The notes: a model not told the origin generated them from the letters alone. DNA of 64,000 nt from a virus (IMGVR_UViG_3300042558_005120:45207-109206), one strand, 5' to 3'; shown: positions 8,407 through 16,960, counted from the first letter of the stretch. Made by a program: numbers and translations.

Positions 8407-10218
8407 TCAAACATAAAAAACACTGTCGAATCTGGATTTTACTAAATACCAAAACGGGTGCATTTCCTCAGGTGTTAGTTTCTGAAACTCTGTTTCACTT
8501 GTTCCAATTTCAATTACCTCAAGTGCATCTTTGTATAATTTTTTTGAAATTTTCTCAAGTTTCCATTTATATCCTTTTTCGCCCCAGATCGCTTTGAAAT
8601 TTTTTGTTTCCATCTCAAATAATTCATAATTATTTACAGAACAATAAATGTGCTCTGGTATAAAATTATCACATTTAGTAATTACTTTCTGAATAAGTGG
8701 AATGTCTAATATATAATATCCAAGAAAAATTTCATTTCGATTGTTTACAAATCTAGACGCTATTTTCTCAACGTCTTGAGTTTGCATATGAAGAAAATCA
8801 TCCTTTACATCGTGGAAAAGAATAATTCTTTTCTTTGTCTGTTTGTGGATATTCTCTAATTGGTCAACTAATTTTTTCGTAATTAAAGAAAGATTACATA
8901 CAACAACAGTTACCGCTTCTTTTTGCTCGTATGACCTTTCGCCGTCGAAAAAGGATTCTAATAAAACAATCGACTTTTCAACTTTACTGTCATCTGAGCC
9001 AGATTCTTTTTTATCTTCTTTCTTTTGACCTTCTTTTTTGTCTTCTTTCTTGTCTTCTTTCTTGTCTTCCTTTTTGTCTTCCTTTTTGTCTTCCTTTTTG
9101 TCTTCCTCATTTAAAATAAAATTAAACTCTAAAAAGGAATAGTCACTTTCAACAAGCCTTGAAATTTCTTCAATTTTTGTATTAAAGTTATTAACAATAC
9201 TTTCACTTAATAGACCGCTTGGGTATTTTGGCTTCTTTAAATTTGCTAGAAATACAGTAAACAAATATTCGTATCTACTATCACTTTCGATAATTTGACT
9301 TGTTGTTTTGTTTGAAATCCACTGCGAGTTGAAATTTCCACTTTTCTCTAAAAATTTAGGACGCTCCAGACCGGAATCCAAAAAGTCAGGTCCTTTTGCT
9401 TCAACAAAGGAATTAAAAATTTCTGATACGGTTTCCAAATATGCAATATCCGTATCCTTTGTGTCCGATTTAATTTTATTAATGTTAATTGTATTGATGT
9501 GCTCGCAAATTTCTAAAAGTAAAATATCAAAAAGATGCCCTCTCGATTCCTTTTTACTTTCAATAACTGTATCACTTTCAAGTTTGAAAAGCAAATCCTG
9601 TTGTTCAAATACAATCGAATCTATTTGCTGTTGGGCTTCATTTAGTAATCCTTTAACTGGGAAAAAGGATTCATTGATTTGCTCAGATTCAGATTTTGCA
9701 ATACTTACTAATTGTTCTATGCTTTCTTCACTGAGTTCACCTTCGAAAAGAGGTTTATTCCATTCGCACCCAAAAATACTTGACCATCTTTCTAAGACCT
9801 TTGAATCTTTGATGTCTCTGGAAATGTCTGAATCTGGTTTTCTGATTGTGATATCCGTTAAGACTAATCCTTTTCTAGGTCGTCTTTCATAACGTGTGGA
9901 TAACGGTGCATTGGTTGGAAACCATGAAAACCCGAACCGATGGCGTGGAGGTATTGAGTTTTTAATTTCGGACGGCAAGCTTTGAATATGCGTAATAGCC
10001 TGTTCATATAAGTCATTAATTGTGCGGTCAATTTTATTGAGCGGAACCTTTCCGTTCTTTCCATAGAAATAAATTTGATAATTATCTTGGTTTTTTTCAA
10101 ACGCAAACCGATAAGCATCGAACTTTTCAGTGATGCGGGTTTCTCGTTTCAGAGTCTCACGAAGACCTTTTTCTCCGACTTTTTTGTAGAGTTCTCTAAT
10201 ATTTTTAATCCCAGCCAT
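8407..10218 (-). CDS. Degenerate RNA-ligase-like domain, KKED linker and degenerate cytidylyltransferase-like domain
   Basis: ITEKFDA resembles ligase motif I; the C-terminal third aligns by eye to the HxGH protein at 16963-17568 but lacks HxGH. Confidence 0.5.
   Translation of the reverse strand: MAGIKNIRELYKKVGEKGLRETLKRETRITEKFDAYRFAFEKNQDNYQIYFYGKNGKVPLNKIDRTINDLYEQAITHIQSLPSEIKNSIPPRHRFGFSWFPTNAPLSTRYERRPRKGLVLTDITIRKPDSDISRDIKDSKVLERWSSIFGCEWNKPLFEGELSEESIEQLVSIAKSESEQINESFFPVKGLLNEAQQQIDSIVFEQQDLLFKLESDTVIESKKESRGHLFDILLLEICEHINTININKIKSDTKDTDIAYLETVSEIFNSFVEAKGPDFLDSGLERPKFLEKSGNFNSQWISNKTTSQIIESDSRYEYLFTVFLANLKKPKYPSGLLSESIVNNFNTKIEEISRLVESDYSFLEFNFILNEEDKKEDKKEDKKEDKKEDKKEDKKEGQKKEDKKESGSDDSKVEKSIVLLESFFDGERSYEQKEAVTVVVCNLSLITKKLVDQLENIHKQTKKRIILFHDVKDDFLHMQTQDVEKIASRFVNNRNEIFLGYYILDIPLIQKVITKCDNFIPEHIYCSVNNYELFEMETKNFKAIWGEKGYKWKLEKISKKLYKDALEVIEIGTSETEFQKLTPEEMHPFWYLVKSRFDSVFYV
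9004..9107 (-). repeat. 12-bp coding tandem repeat encoding (EDKK)n
   Basis: Six tandem EDKK units followed by EGQKKEDKKES. Confidence 0.95.
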
Positions 10219-10243
10219 TTTAATATTTTGTTTAAATTCTAAT

Positions 10244-10252
10244 TATATATCA
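10244..10252 (-). promoter_or_regulatory. Putative late promoter TGATATATA
   Basis: Intergenic, about 26 nt before the ATG at 10218. Confidence 0.55.
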
Positions 10253-10255
10253 AAG

Positions 10256-10636
10256 TTAAATAAGGTAGCTTTCGGCGAAACCGGATGCGACCATTTTTTG
10301 GTTGATGTTTACATAGGTAACAGTTTTAATTCCTTCATTTAGTGTTGTAGTTTCCAAATAAATAGTGCCCAGGATCCTTCCGTATTTTTCAGATCGATCT
10401 TTGATACTTTCTAAAATAATTGATTTTCCCATTATCATTGATGCTAACCAAGATTTTGCTGCTAACCCAGACTTTCGAGTTTCGCCCTTAAGTTCAGGTG
10501 TATTAATTCCGTATAGTCTGATTTTTTGCTTGTGTAGTGTTGTCCAAAAACCAAGATCAATATCAACTGTAATAGTGTCGCCGTCATAGACATCGGTAAC
10601 AAATGCTTTGTAAAGATAAAAGTTATTTAGTTCCAT
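10256..10636 (-). CDS. Thermonuclease (SNase-like)
   Basis: VYDGDTI, IRLYGINTPE, EKYGRILG, INQKMV motifs. Confidence 0.9.
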   Translation of the reverse strand: MELNNFYLYKAFVTDVYDGDTITVDIDLGFWTTLHKQKIRLYGINTPELKGETRKSGLAAKSWLASMIMGKSIILESIKDRSEKYGRILGTIYLETTTLNEGIKTVTYVNINQKMVASGFAESYLI

Positions 10637-10656
10637 GGATAATTTATTTTTTGACT

Positions 10657-10685
10657 AAAAAAAGGTCACAATCAATTGTGACCTT
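10657..10685 (-). terminator. Rho-independent terminator closing the first leader-protein array
   Basis: Perfect inverted repeat aaggtcacaat/attgtgacctt followed by a T-run on the - strand. Confidence 0.8.
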
Positions 10686-10708
10686 AAAAACAAAGTTTAT
10701 ATGTTTTT

Positions 10709-10882
10709 CTATTTTCCAGCTTTGTCAATAATTGACCAAACGCCGCCGGTTAACGCAATTACTGAACCGCTGATTTCTGCCCATAACGGTTCGTCTAATA
10801 ATCCTTTCATAACAAGAATACCGCCAACGAATGTAAGTCCATGACGGACGATTCCTAAAATTTGTTCTTTTGTTAGTTTCAT
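10709..10882 (-). CDS. Small two-TM putative holin (Pam3-gp28-like), 57 aa
   Basis: Below the track cutoff: MKLTKEQILGIVRHGLTFVGGILVMKGLLDEPLWAEISGSVIALTGGVWSIIDKAGK. Confidence 0.7.
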   Translation of the reverse strand: MKLTKEQILGIVRHGLTFVGGILVMKGLLDEPLWAEISGSVIALTGGVWSIIDKAGK

Positions 10883-10944
10883 AATAATAGAGTTTTTTTA
10901 AAATCCAAATTTCTTTGAACTGTATCAATTACTTTTCTAAATTT

Positions 10945-11601
10945 TTATTGTGCTATTTTAATATCTGTTGGTTTTATTATACTATCGAAAGTAACAACAG
11001 ACTTCATATCCTCTGGCATCAATGGGTCAACCCACCATGTATATCCCTTAGCGTTAATTTCCAATATAACCGGGTCGGGTATTTTAAAGTAATTAGTTAT
11101 TTTTCTTGCTGCTCCAATTGATGTTACGCCAAAAACAGCTGCGTATAATTGCATTGTAACATTTTCACCAGATAATCCTTTACTGAAAGTTGATGAGTGT
11201 GCCTGTGCCTCAGAAGCAATCAGCCCTTTTTGCATTATATTATCAAGATTTGCTTTTGCTGCAACGTGGAATACTTTTCTTGCTTTTACTGGTTTTGCAG
11301 CAATCATTGTTTTCATTTCGTTATCACTTGAATATCCTCTTAATGTTTTTAAAATAAGAATATTCTTATGCTGTCTACCATATTTTTCAATATCTGCTAA
11401 TGTTTGTTTGATTTGTAATTCAGTAGAGGTGTCTATATTTACTAACACTCCGTTATCGAATACTTTAACTTCGGCAAAGCCATTTTTTTTAAAAATAGCC
11501 GCAACATCTTGTTTGACTGCATTTGGATTGTAATTAGATTCATTGATTGAATCCAATTTAGACTCAAGCAAAAATTCATTAAATGTAAAAATTCTTTTCA
11601 T
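10945..11601 (-). CDS. Leader-bearing protein with a C-terminal ADP-ribosyltransferase/Tpt1-like domain
   Basis: Leader MKRIFTFNEFLLE; VFHV....LDNIMQKGL...AVF...VILEI...DP...IKP pattern. Confidence 0.55.
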   Translation of the reverse strand: MKRIFTFNEFLLESKLDSINESNYNPNAVKQDVAAIFKKNGFAEVKVFDNGVLVNIDTSTELQIKQTLADIEKYGRQHKNILILKTLRGYSSDNEMKTMIAAKPVKARKVFHVAAKANLDNIMQKGLIASEAQAHSSTFSKGLSGENVTMQLYAAVFGVTSIGAARKITNYFKIPDPVILEINAKGYTWWVDPLMPEDMKSVVTFDSIIKPTDIKIAQ

Positions 11602-11609
11602 AATATTTT

Positions 11610-12047
11610 TTATTTTATTTCAACGTTGCGTTTTGCCTTAGCGGACAAATATTGAGGTATCAGTGTTTTGTAAAGTCTTCTGCGTTTTTCATCAGTTGCA
11701 TCAATGATTACAGTTTTGTCATAACCATATGAATCTAAAAATTTTTCTATGATTGTGGTTATGGTTTTAAATAAAGTTCTAACATTACCTTCACCGGTCA
11801 TCTCAAAAGTATCAATCTTATTAAAATCTCCTTTATCAAGTCCAAATGATAGATCAAATTTCCCTTCTTCTGCGCGGTATTCTCCTGAATAAAACACCAC
11901 TTTGTATTGTTGCGTTGGCGAATTAAAAGTATATTCAGCGGTAAGTAATTCATCTTCATCGTCATATTGTTCCTCTTCTTCTCGAAAAGGATATGGTTTT
12001 TCTAAACTTTCATTTATAAAGTCTTCAAATGTTTGGATGTGTTTCAT
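11610..12047 (-). CDS. Leader-bearing hypothetical protein (DUF6934-like)
   Basis: Leader MKHIQTFEDFINE; FDLSFG...TGEG...LFKTI...RRRLY. Confidence 0.6.
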   Translation of the reverse strand: MKHIQTFEDFINESLEKPYPFREEEEQYDDEDELLTAEYTFNSPTQQYKVVFYSGEYRAEEGKFDLSFGLDKGDFNKIDTFEMTGEGNVRTLFKTITTIIEKFLDSYGYDKTVIIDATDEKRRRLYKTLIPQYLSAKAKRNVEIK

Positions 12048-12065
12048 TTTGTATTACTTAAATTT

Positions 12066-12968
12066 TTATTTACTGATGAATTTTTTGAATTTATCTAAAA
12101 ACTCAATAAAATCTTTATCAAATAAATTTATACTTATTCCAATATCTTTTAATGATTCGATATAGTCAGAGAAATATTTTTTATCATATATCGTAGATTG
12201 TTCCAGAGTTTTAATTCCTATATTTGGGTACATTTTTTTATAACCTATATAAGTTTTGTAGTCATTCTTCTCAACGTATTGTTTCAATTTATCCAAATTC
12301 CTATCAATTATGCCAACATTTTTTTTGTAATCAGAATCTTCTAAATTATCAAATGAATATTCATAAAATAATTTCTCTAAAGTATCGAAAGTTGTATTCC
12401 AATCATATATACTTTTGGCAAGATCATCTCCCTGAAATTTAGTTTTTACATATGGAAGTATTTCACTCTTTTTTAATTCTGAATCCTTAGCCCACTTAGG
12501 ATATTTCTTTTTTAATTTATCAAGTAATTTGGAAATCATTTCCGCAATCATGTCTGGCCAAATTATAGTATTATCTTTATAAAGCCCAACACCTTCGTCA
12601 TAAATCTCCTTGAAATCCCTTCCTTTATTTATATGCAAATAAACAGCGCCATACTCATTAGCATCAACATAAAATAGAGAAGTAATGTTTTTTCTATTTT
12701 GTGGGGTATTATCAACATCATAAAATTCAATGATTGAATCAATAATTGAATTTGTAACAACATCTATAATAATGCTGGACTTATTTATTCGAGCTACGTC
12801 AAATCTAATTTGCGTCTCATTCTTACCAATTTTAGTAAGACCTTTTTTATGACCCGTAATTTTGGTTAATGCATCAATTAAATTATTTGATATAAATGTC
12901 TTTGCATCGTAACTATCTAACGATTTCAATTCGTTTAAGAAACTTTCAAATGTTTGAATATATTTCAT
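12066..12968 (-). CDS. Leader-bearing hypothetical protein
   Basis: Leader MKYIQTFESFLNE; 300 aa. Confidence 0.7.
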   Translation of the reverse strand: MKYIQTFESFLNELKSLDSYDAKTFISNNLIDALTKITGHKKGLTKIGKNETQIRFDVARINKSSIIIDVVTNSIIDSIIEFYDVDNTPQNRKNITSLFYVDANEYGAVYLHINKGRDFKEIYDEGVGLYKDNTIIWPDMIAEMISKLLDKLKKKYPKWAKDSELKKSEILPYVKTKFQGDDLAKSIYDWNTTFDTLEKLFYEYSFDNLEDSDYKKNVGIIDRNLDKLKQYVEKNDYKTYIGYKKMYPNIGIKTLEQSTIYDKKYFSDYIESLKDIGISINLFDKDFIEFLDKFKKFISK

Positions 12969-12983
12969 CTGTTTTTTGATATT

Positions 12984-13271
12984 TTATTCACCATACCAAG
13001 AATATCCATACTCTTCATATTTGCTATGGACTTCTTTTGGTGTTTTATCTTTATACCATGCAGAACCCAATTTTTGAGAAAGCCCTAATTTCACAGCTTC
13101 ACGTTCAATGGCATCCATTTTTTTAATTTCTGCCATGTTATAGTTAGAGTCCTTTACTTTTTGACCTTGTGCATACATATCATCAAGAAGTTTCTCTACT
13201 TTTTTAGGATCTAATCCCTCGTTTAGTTCTGCTTCATTCAAGAAGCTTTCAAATGTTTTGATGTGTTTCAT
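12984..13271 (-). CDS. Leader-bearing hypothetical protein
   Basis: Leader MKHIKTFESFLNE-AELNE. Confidence 0.7.
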   Translation of the reverse strand: MKHIKTFESFLNEAELNEGLDPKKVEKLLDDMYAQGQKVKDSNYNMAEIKKMDAIEREAVKLGLSQKLGSAWYKDKTPKEVHSKYEEYGYSWYGE

Positions 13272-13276
13272 AATAA

Positions 13277-13636
13277 TTATTTCTTTAATTTTTTAGCAAA
13301 GTTTATCAAATAATCATTAGCAAAGTCTTCTATTGTTTTTATATAGTCAGGTATTTTTTCAGTTCTAACTTTTATTGCTAATTTTCCCGCCTTTGTTAGA
13401 ATTAGAGCAACTTTGCCATCCTCATAACCTAATTTGTAATGACTGACATTTAATGTTTTATAAGTACCGAACTTATCGCCCATAGCTAATCCTAACCCAA
13501 CGTCTGCTTTTGGTAGATTCTGAGCTGGAATTTCGGAAGAAGGTACTGATGTAAGAATATAATTTAATGATTTACCTGTGGCTTCTATAATAGATTCTTC
13601 ATTTAAGAAGCTTTCAAATGTGTGGATATGATTCAT
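13277..13636 (-). CDS. Leader-bearing hypothetical protein
   Basis: Leader MNHIHTFESFLNE. Confidence 0.7.
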   Translation of the reverse strand: MNHIHTFESFLNEESIIEATGKSLNYILTSVPSSEIPAQNLPKADVGLGLAMGDKFGTYKTLNVSHYKLGYEDGKVALILTKAGKLAIKVRTEKIPDYIKTIEDFANDYLINFAKKLKK

Positions 13637-13651
13637 CTGTTTTTTGTTATT

Positions 13652-13879
13652 TTATTCATCTCCGTAAAGTTCGTGATATTTTTTAGTGTGCTTGGACGTT
13701 TTTAGCAGTTTCTTGCCTTTAGTATCACCTGGCATTTCTTTGTATGCTTTGGGGTCATCGTCATCCATATCAGCTTGTTTTGCGATTTGTGCTTTCTTCT
13801 TGGCTGCAGTACTCTTTGAGATTCCCTTAAAGTAGCCGCCTTCTCTTACAAATTCTTCAAAAGATTGTGTATATTTCAT
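13652..13879 (-). CDS. Leader-bearing small basic protein
   Basis: Leader MKYTQSFEEFVRE; YFKGISKST...DDDDPKAYK..PGD...SKHTKKY. Confidence 0.7.
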   Translation of the reverse strand: MKYTQSFEEFVREGGYFKGISKSTAAKKKAQIAKQADMDDDDPKAYKEMPGDTKGKKLLKTSKHTKKYHELYGDE

Positions 13880-14328
13880 TTTTCTACTACAAATTTTGGC
13901 TTGCCCTCTATGGCCTGTGTATATTTCTTACCTGTTTCCTTACTTAAAGCCTTTAAGTAATTGTTTATGTAACTAATAATGTTTTTGGCTCCAACCGGAT
14001 TGTCCGAATGTACTGTTATCTCAGGAAACTCTTCTCCACTAATGACTTTTTCATCACACAAGTCCATGTGATATTCCACCAGCCAGTCTGCTGCAGATTT
14101 ACCAGTCTTTTCAGAACCGCCTGTAAAATCATTAAGGTCGTGGTCAAAAGATATTTTGCTAATGTTGTCAAGGCCGTGTTTTTTGACCGCCTTTACAAAG
14201 TCTGAGTAGGTTCTAACAATAATCCACTTCTTGTCAATAGGAGTTCTCAGGTCATCCAGGTATATCCACACACCGTTAGAATTGCTGGATTCATTCAAGA
14301 AGCTTTCAAATGTTTTAATGTGTTTCAT
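13876..14328 (-). CDS. Leader-bearing cyclic-phosphate-processing receiver-domain protein
   Basis: Leader MKHIKTFESFLNE; YLDDLRTP, ISFDHDL, KTG, VHSDNPVG signature. Confidence 0.8.
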   Translation of the reverse strand: MKHIKTFESFLNESSNSNGVWIYLDDLRTPIDKKWIIVRTYSDFVKAVKKHGLDNISKISFDHDLNDFTGGSEKTGKSAADWLVEYHMDLCDEKVISGEEFPEITVHSDNPVGAKNIISYINNYLKALSKETGKKYTQAIEGKPKFVVEK

Positions 14329-14337
14329 TATTATGCT

Positions 14338-14679
14338 TTATTTTTTAGGATTGAATCCAGAATCTCTTGCTTCTTTGGCTAAATCTTTATCTGCTTTCCC
14401 CCATGTTCCTTCACCGCCAGATAAAAAGCTGTTAACTCTGGCGTACGCCCACTGTTCCTGTCCTGCACCTGGACGGTGTCCGCTTTTCCATGCTGCCATT
14501 CCACGGCGAAAAACTGCACGAATTATCCCAATCGGACATCCGGATTCGTCGGCTTTATTCTTTACGCCGGTCTCCAGCTCTTCGCTGCCCAACGGTCCGC
14601 GGTCAGTAGACTTCTGTTCGTTATCATCGGCTTCGTGTAAATAATCCAGCAACCAGCTTTCAAATAATTTTATAAACAT
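14338..14679 (-). CDS. DUF5824-like protein with leader
   Basis: Leader MFIKLFESWL; RRGMAAWKSGHRPGAGQEQWAYARVNSF. Confidence 0.7.
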   Translation of the reverse strand: MFIKLFESWLLDYLHEADDNEQKSTDRGPLGSEELETGVKNKADESGCPIGIIRAVFRRGMAAWKSGHRPGAGQEQWAYARVNSFLSGGEGTWGKADKDLAKEARDSGFNPKK

Positions 14680-14680
14680 T

Positions 14681-15592
14681 TTATTTTCTTATTTTATTAA
14701 TATCCTCTACAAATACTTTAATTGCCTCTTCTGGGTCAAATATACTGAACTGTGGCGCTTGGTTAACTTCTAAAACATACCATTCACCTGTATCTTTATT
14801 TTGTACTAGATCAACACCAGACGTATAGAAACCCATAGAATCATGAGCACGTTTTGCTATATTCATTTCTTCAAATCCTAATGCTACTCTTTTGCCCGTT
14901 CCGCCTAATGAAATATTATTTCTAAATTCTCCGGCTTCTTGACTTGAGCGCTTAACTGTAAATACGTTTTTGTTTCCAATAAAGAAAACACGGTAATCAC
15001 AGTCATTCGGAATAAACTCCTGAATTAACAAAACATCATTTTTTAATTTTCCTGCTACTCGTTTTAATTCGGTTTCATTCTTAACAATTGTAACACCTCT
15101 TCCTTGTGAGCCGTGTGCGGGTTTTAAGACAATTGGAAATTCATAGTTAGTAGAAACAAAATCAACATTGCAACTTGAGCCTGTGCAGGTATATGTTTTA
15201 GGAATATTCACATTATTTTCAGATAGCACTTGTAGCTGTTTATATTTATTGCTAGTATATCTTGGTTGTCCGTAACAAAGAAGTGATATGTCCTTTTCTT
15301 TACAGTATTTTTCTACCAACAGAAAATTTTCATACGCATCTGTATCGGCACCATACGAATTAACCAATCCAATAAATACCAATGAATACTCATCTAATTT
15401 CGTTGTATTGTTGAATAGATGCCCATCAAAAAAGTGTATATTATCCAAACTTGAGAATTCTGAGTCGCTGATGTATTTTTTAGTTAACTTTTCTACATTA
15501 TACATCTTATCTTCCATATCACTACAGTCAAAGGAAAAATCTAAAAATAAAACAGGTTTACGTTTATCTAAAAAATCAAAATATGTAATCAT
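14681..15592 (-). CDS. RimK-family ATP-grasp ligase
   Basis: NKY, IPKT, VLKPAHGSQGRGV, LIQEFI, DYRV, FRNNISLGG, GVDL, LEVNQAP. Probable start at Met10 of the track ORF. Confidence 0.9.
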   Translation of the reverse strand: MITYFDFLDKRKPVLFLDFSFDCSDMEDKMYNVEKLTKKYISDSEFSSLDNIHFFDGHLFNNTTKLDEYSLVFIGLVNSYGADTDAYENFLLVEKYCKEKDISLLCYGQPRYTSNKYKQLQVLSENNVNIPKTYTCTGSSCNVDFVSTNYEFPIVLKPAHGSQGRGVTIVKNETELKRVAGKLKNDVLLIQEFIPNDCDYRVFFIGNKNVFTVKRSSQEAGEFRNNISLGGTGKRVALGFEEMNIAKRAHDSMGFYTSGVDLVQNKDTGEWYVLEVNQAPQFSIFDPEEAIKVFVEDINKIRK

Positions 15593-15609
15593 ATGTAAGT
15601 AATTATTTT

Positions 15610-15618
15610 TATATATCA
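15610..15618 (-). promoter_or_regulatory. Putative late promoter TGATATATA
   Basis: 18 nt upstream of the probable ATG at 15592. Confidence 0.55.
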
Positions 15619-15619
15619 A

Positions 15620-16144
15620 TTACCAAGGCTCATCGGATGTAAGACCTAATTGCTTATAAAAAAGCGATGGACCATAACACGCCCAGAACCCGGCCTTGTT
15701 TGGATCCATTTTTTTCTGTAAATCACATTGGTGTCTAGACCAAAAATTGGCTGCAGCACCAGGATCGCTATTTTTAATACTTAATCCAGAAGCATCGCCC
15801 CATTCTATCTTCTTTGCAATTATATTGCCTTTCTCATCCACTTTTCCGCTGTTTCGATATACAACGAATTTTTTGTTTCCACCTCTGCTAGGCGTATCTA
15901 ATTCAACTTGGCGGCCATCGTATATTGCCTTTTTTCCAACTTCTAAATTTTTTGCCATCCAGGCGGCTTTGTCATTAAGAATAATATTGCCTTCGTCCCA
16001 GTACTTTTTAGTCTCTTCAAAAAGGCTTTTGTATGCATCACTGCCTAAACGGTAAATGCTATTAGTAACGTCCAACCCATTGTCCATGTGGTACTGGAAC
16101 CCTTCACTAACCTGAAAGTCTTCAAATGTCTTTACGTATTTCAT
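15620..16144 (-). CDS. Leader-bearing conserved phage protein
   Basis: Leader MKYVKTFEDFQVSE; KKFVVY...WGD...F.SRHQC...AGFWAC. Confidence 0.7.
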   Translation of the reverse strand: MKYVKTFEDFQVSEGFQYHMDNGLDVTNSIYRLGSDAYKSLFEETKKYWDEGNIILNDKAAWMAKNLEVGKKAIYDGRQVELDTPSRGGNKKFVVYRNSGKVDEKGNIIAKKIEWGDASGLSIKNSDPGAAANFWSRHQCDLQKKMDPNKAGFWACYGPSLFYKQLGLTSDEPW

Positions 16145-16505
16145 TCTTTAGTGCTTTTTCTATAGTTTTATCAACTCCCCATTCCGGTAAATCTGTATAG
16201 TCATCTTCACTCTTACCTTTTTCAAAACCACTATCTTCAATTTTTACCGCCATTCCTCGATATTTCTTTTCAAAATCTTTAAGTGATTTTTTCCCGGCAC
16301 CATCAAAAAACTTTCCGTCGTCTTCTATAAAGTAATGCTGTATTGTAGGACTTGGTTTATATGTTTTGTCAAGAATCCCCCATAGTTGTGACTCGGGATG
16401 TAAGGCTTTGTACGTAGCTGCATATGCCCCACAATAACCATCAACCGTCCAAGCAAGAGTTCCTGAATTGTCTGTAAAACTTTCAAATGTCTTTACGTAT
16501 TTCAT
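16122..16505 (-). CDS. Leader-bearing protein with a putative Cys-His-Asp (papain/transglutaminase-like) triad
   Basis: Leader MKYVKTFESF; GYCGAYA...QHYFI...FFDGAG. Confidence 0.5.
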   Translation of the reverse strand: MKYVKTFESFTDNSGTLAWTVDGYCGAYAATYKALHPESQLWGILDKTYKPSPTIQHYFIEDDGKFFDGAGKKSLKDFEKKYRGMAVKIEDSGFEKGKSEDDYTDLPEWGVDKTIEKALKNEIRKDI

Positions 16506-16512
16506 ATATTAT

Positions 16513-16722
16513 TTATTTTTTATATTCTGGAGATTTTACTTTTTTACCTTTGTCGGGACCACCTTCTCTCGGTATCATACCTTGTGCAATCAATGAAGTT
16601 TTAACACCAAACGGAATATCCTTTCCGCTTTCATAATCCTTTTTATATTTATCAAGTGTTTCTTTTGCGTATGGCGAATCTTTTTCTTGTATAAAATATT
16701 CAAAGGATTTAATGTGTTGCAT
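16513..16722 (-). CDS. Leader-bearing small protein
   Basis: Leader MQHIKSFEYFIQE. Confidence 0.7.
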   Translation of the reverse strand: MQHIKSFEYFIQEKDSPYAKETLDKYKKDYESGKDIPFGVKTSLIAQGMIPREGGPDKGKKVKSPEYKK

Positions 16723-16735
16723 AAAAATAATTTAT

Positions 16736-16960
16736 TTAAAATTTAAGATTGCCACGTTCAACAGAATAGCCTTCCTTTGCTAAAATTGGTTCCACTGCTG
16801 TTGCGATTGCATTACCTAACTCTGTAAACAATGCCATATCAAAATTAACCAGACCCAATCCAATGACTGCGTTTTTAATATTATACCTTGATATAATCCT
16901 TTTTTCATTTATATCTTCTGATTCTGAAATCGAGAATTCTTCAAATTTTTTAATTTTCAT
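16736..16960 (-). CDS. Leader-bearing small protein
   Basis: Leader MKIKKFEEFSISE...INE. Confidence 0.7.
   Translation of the reverse strand: MKIKKFEEFSISESEDINEKRIISRYNIKNAVIGLGLVNFDMALFTELGNAIATAVEPILAKEGYSVERGNLKF

Noticed and set aside
10725-10928. 67-aa track ORF
   Set aside because: It overlaps a more convincing 57-aa two-TM holin-like ORF in another frame (10709-10882).
12009-14328. Recurrent ~39-bp repeats as a CRISPR array or integron attC sites
   Set aside because: The repeats are in-frame coding leaders spaced by whole genes of variable length, they are not palindromic, and no cas or integrase gene is present.
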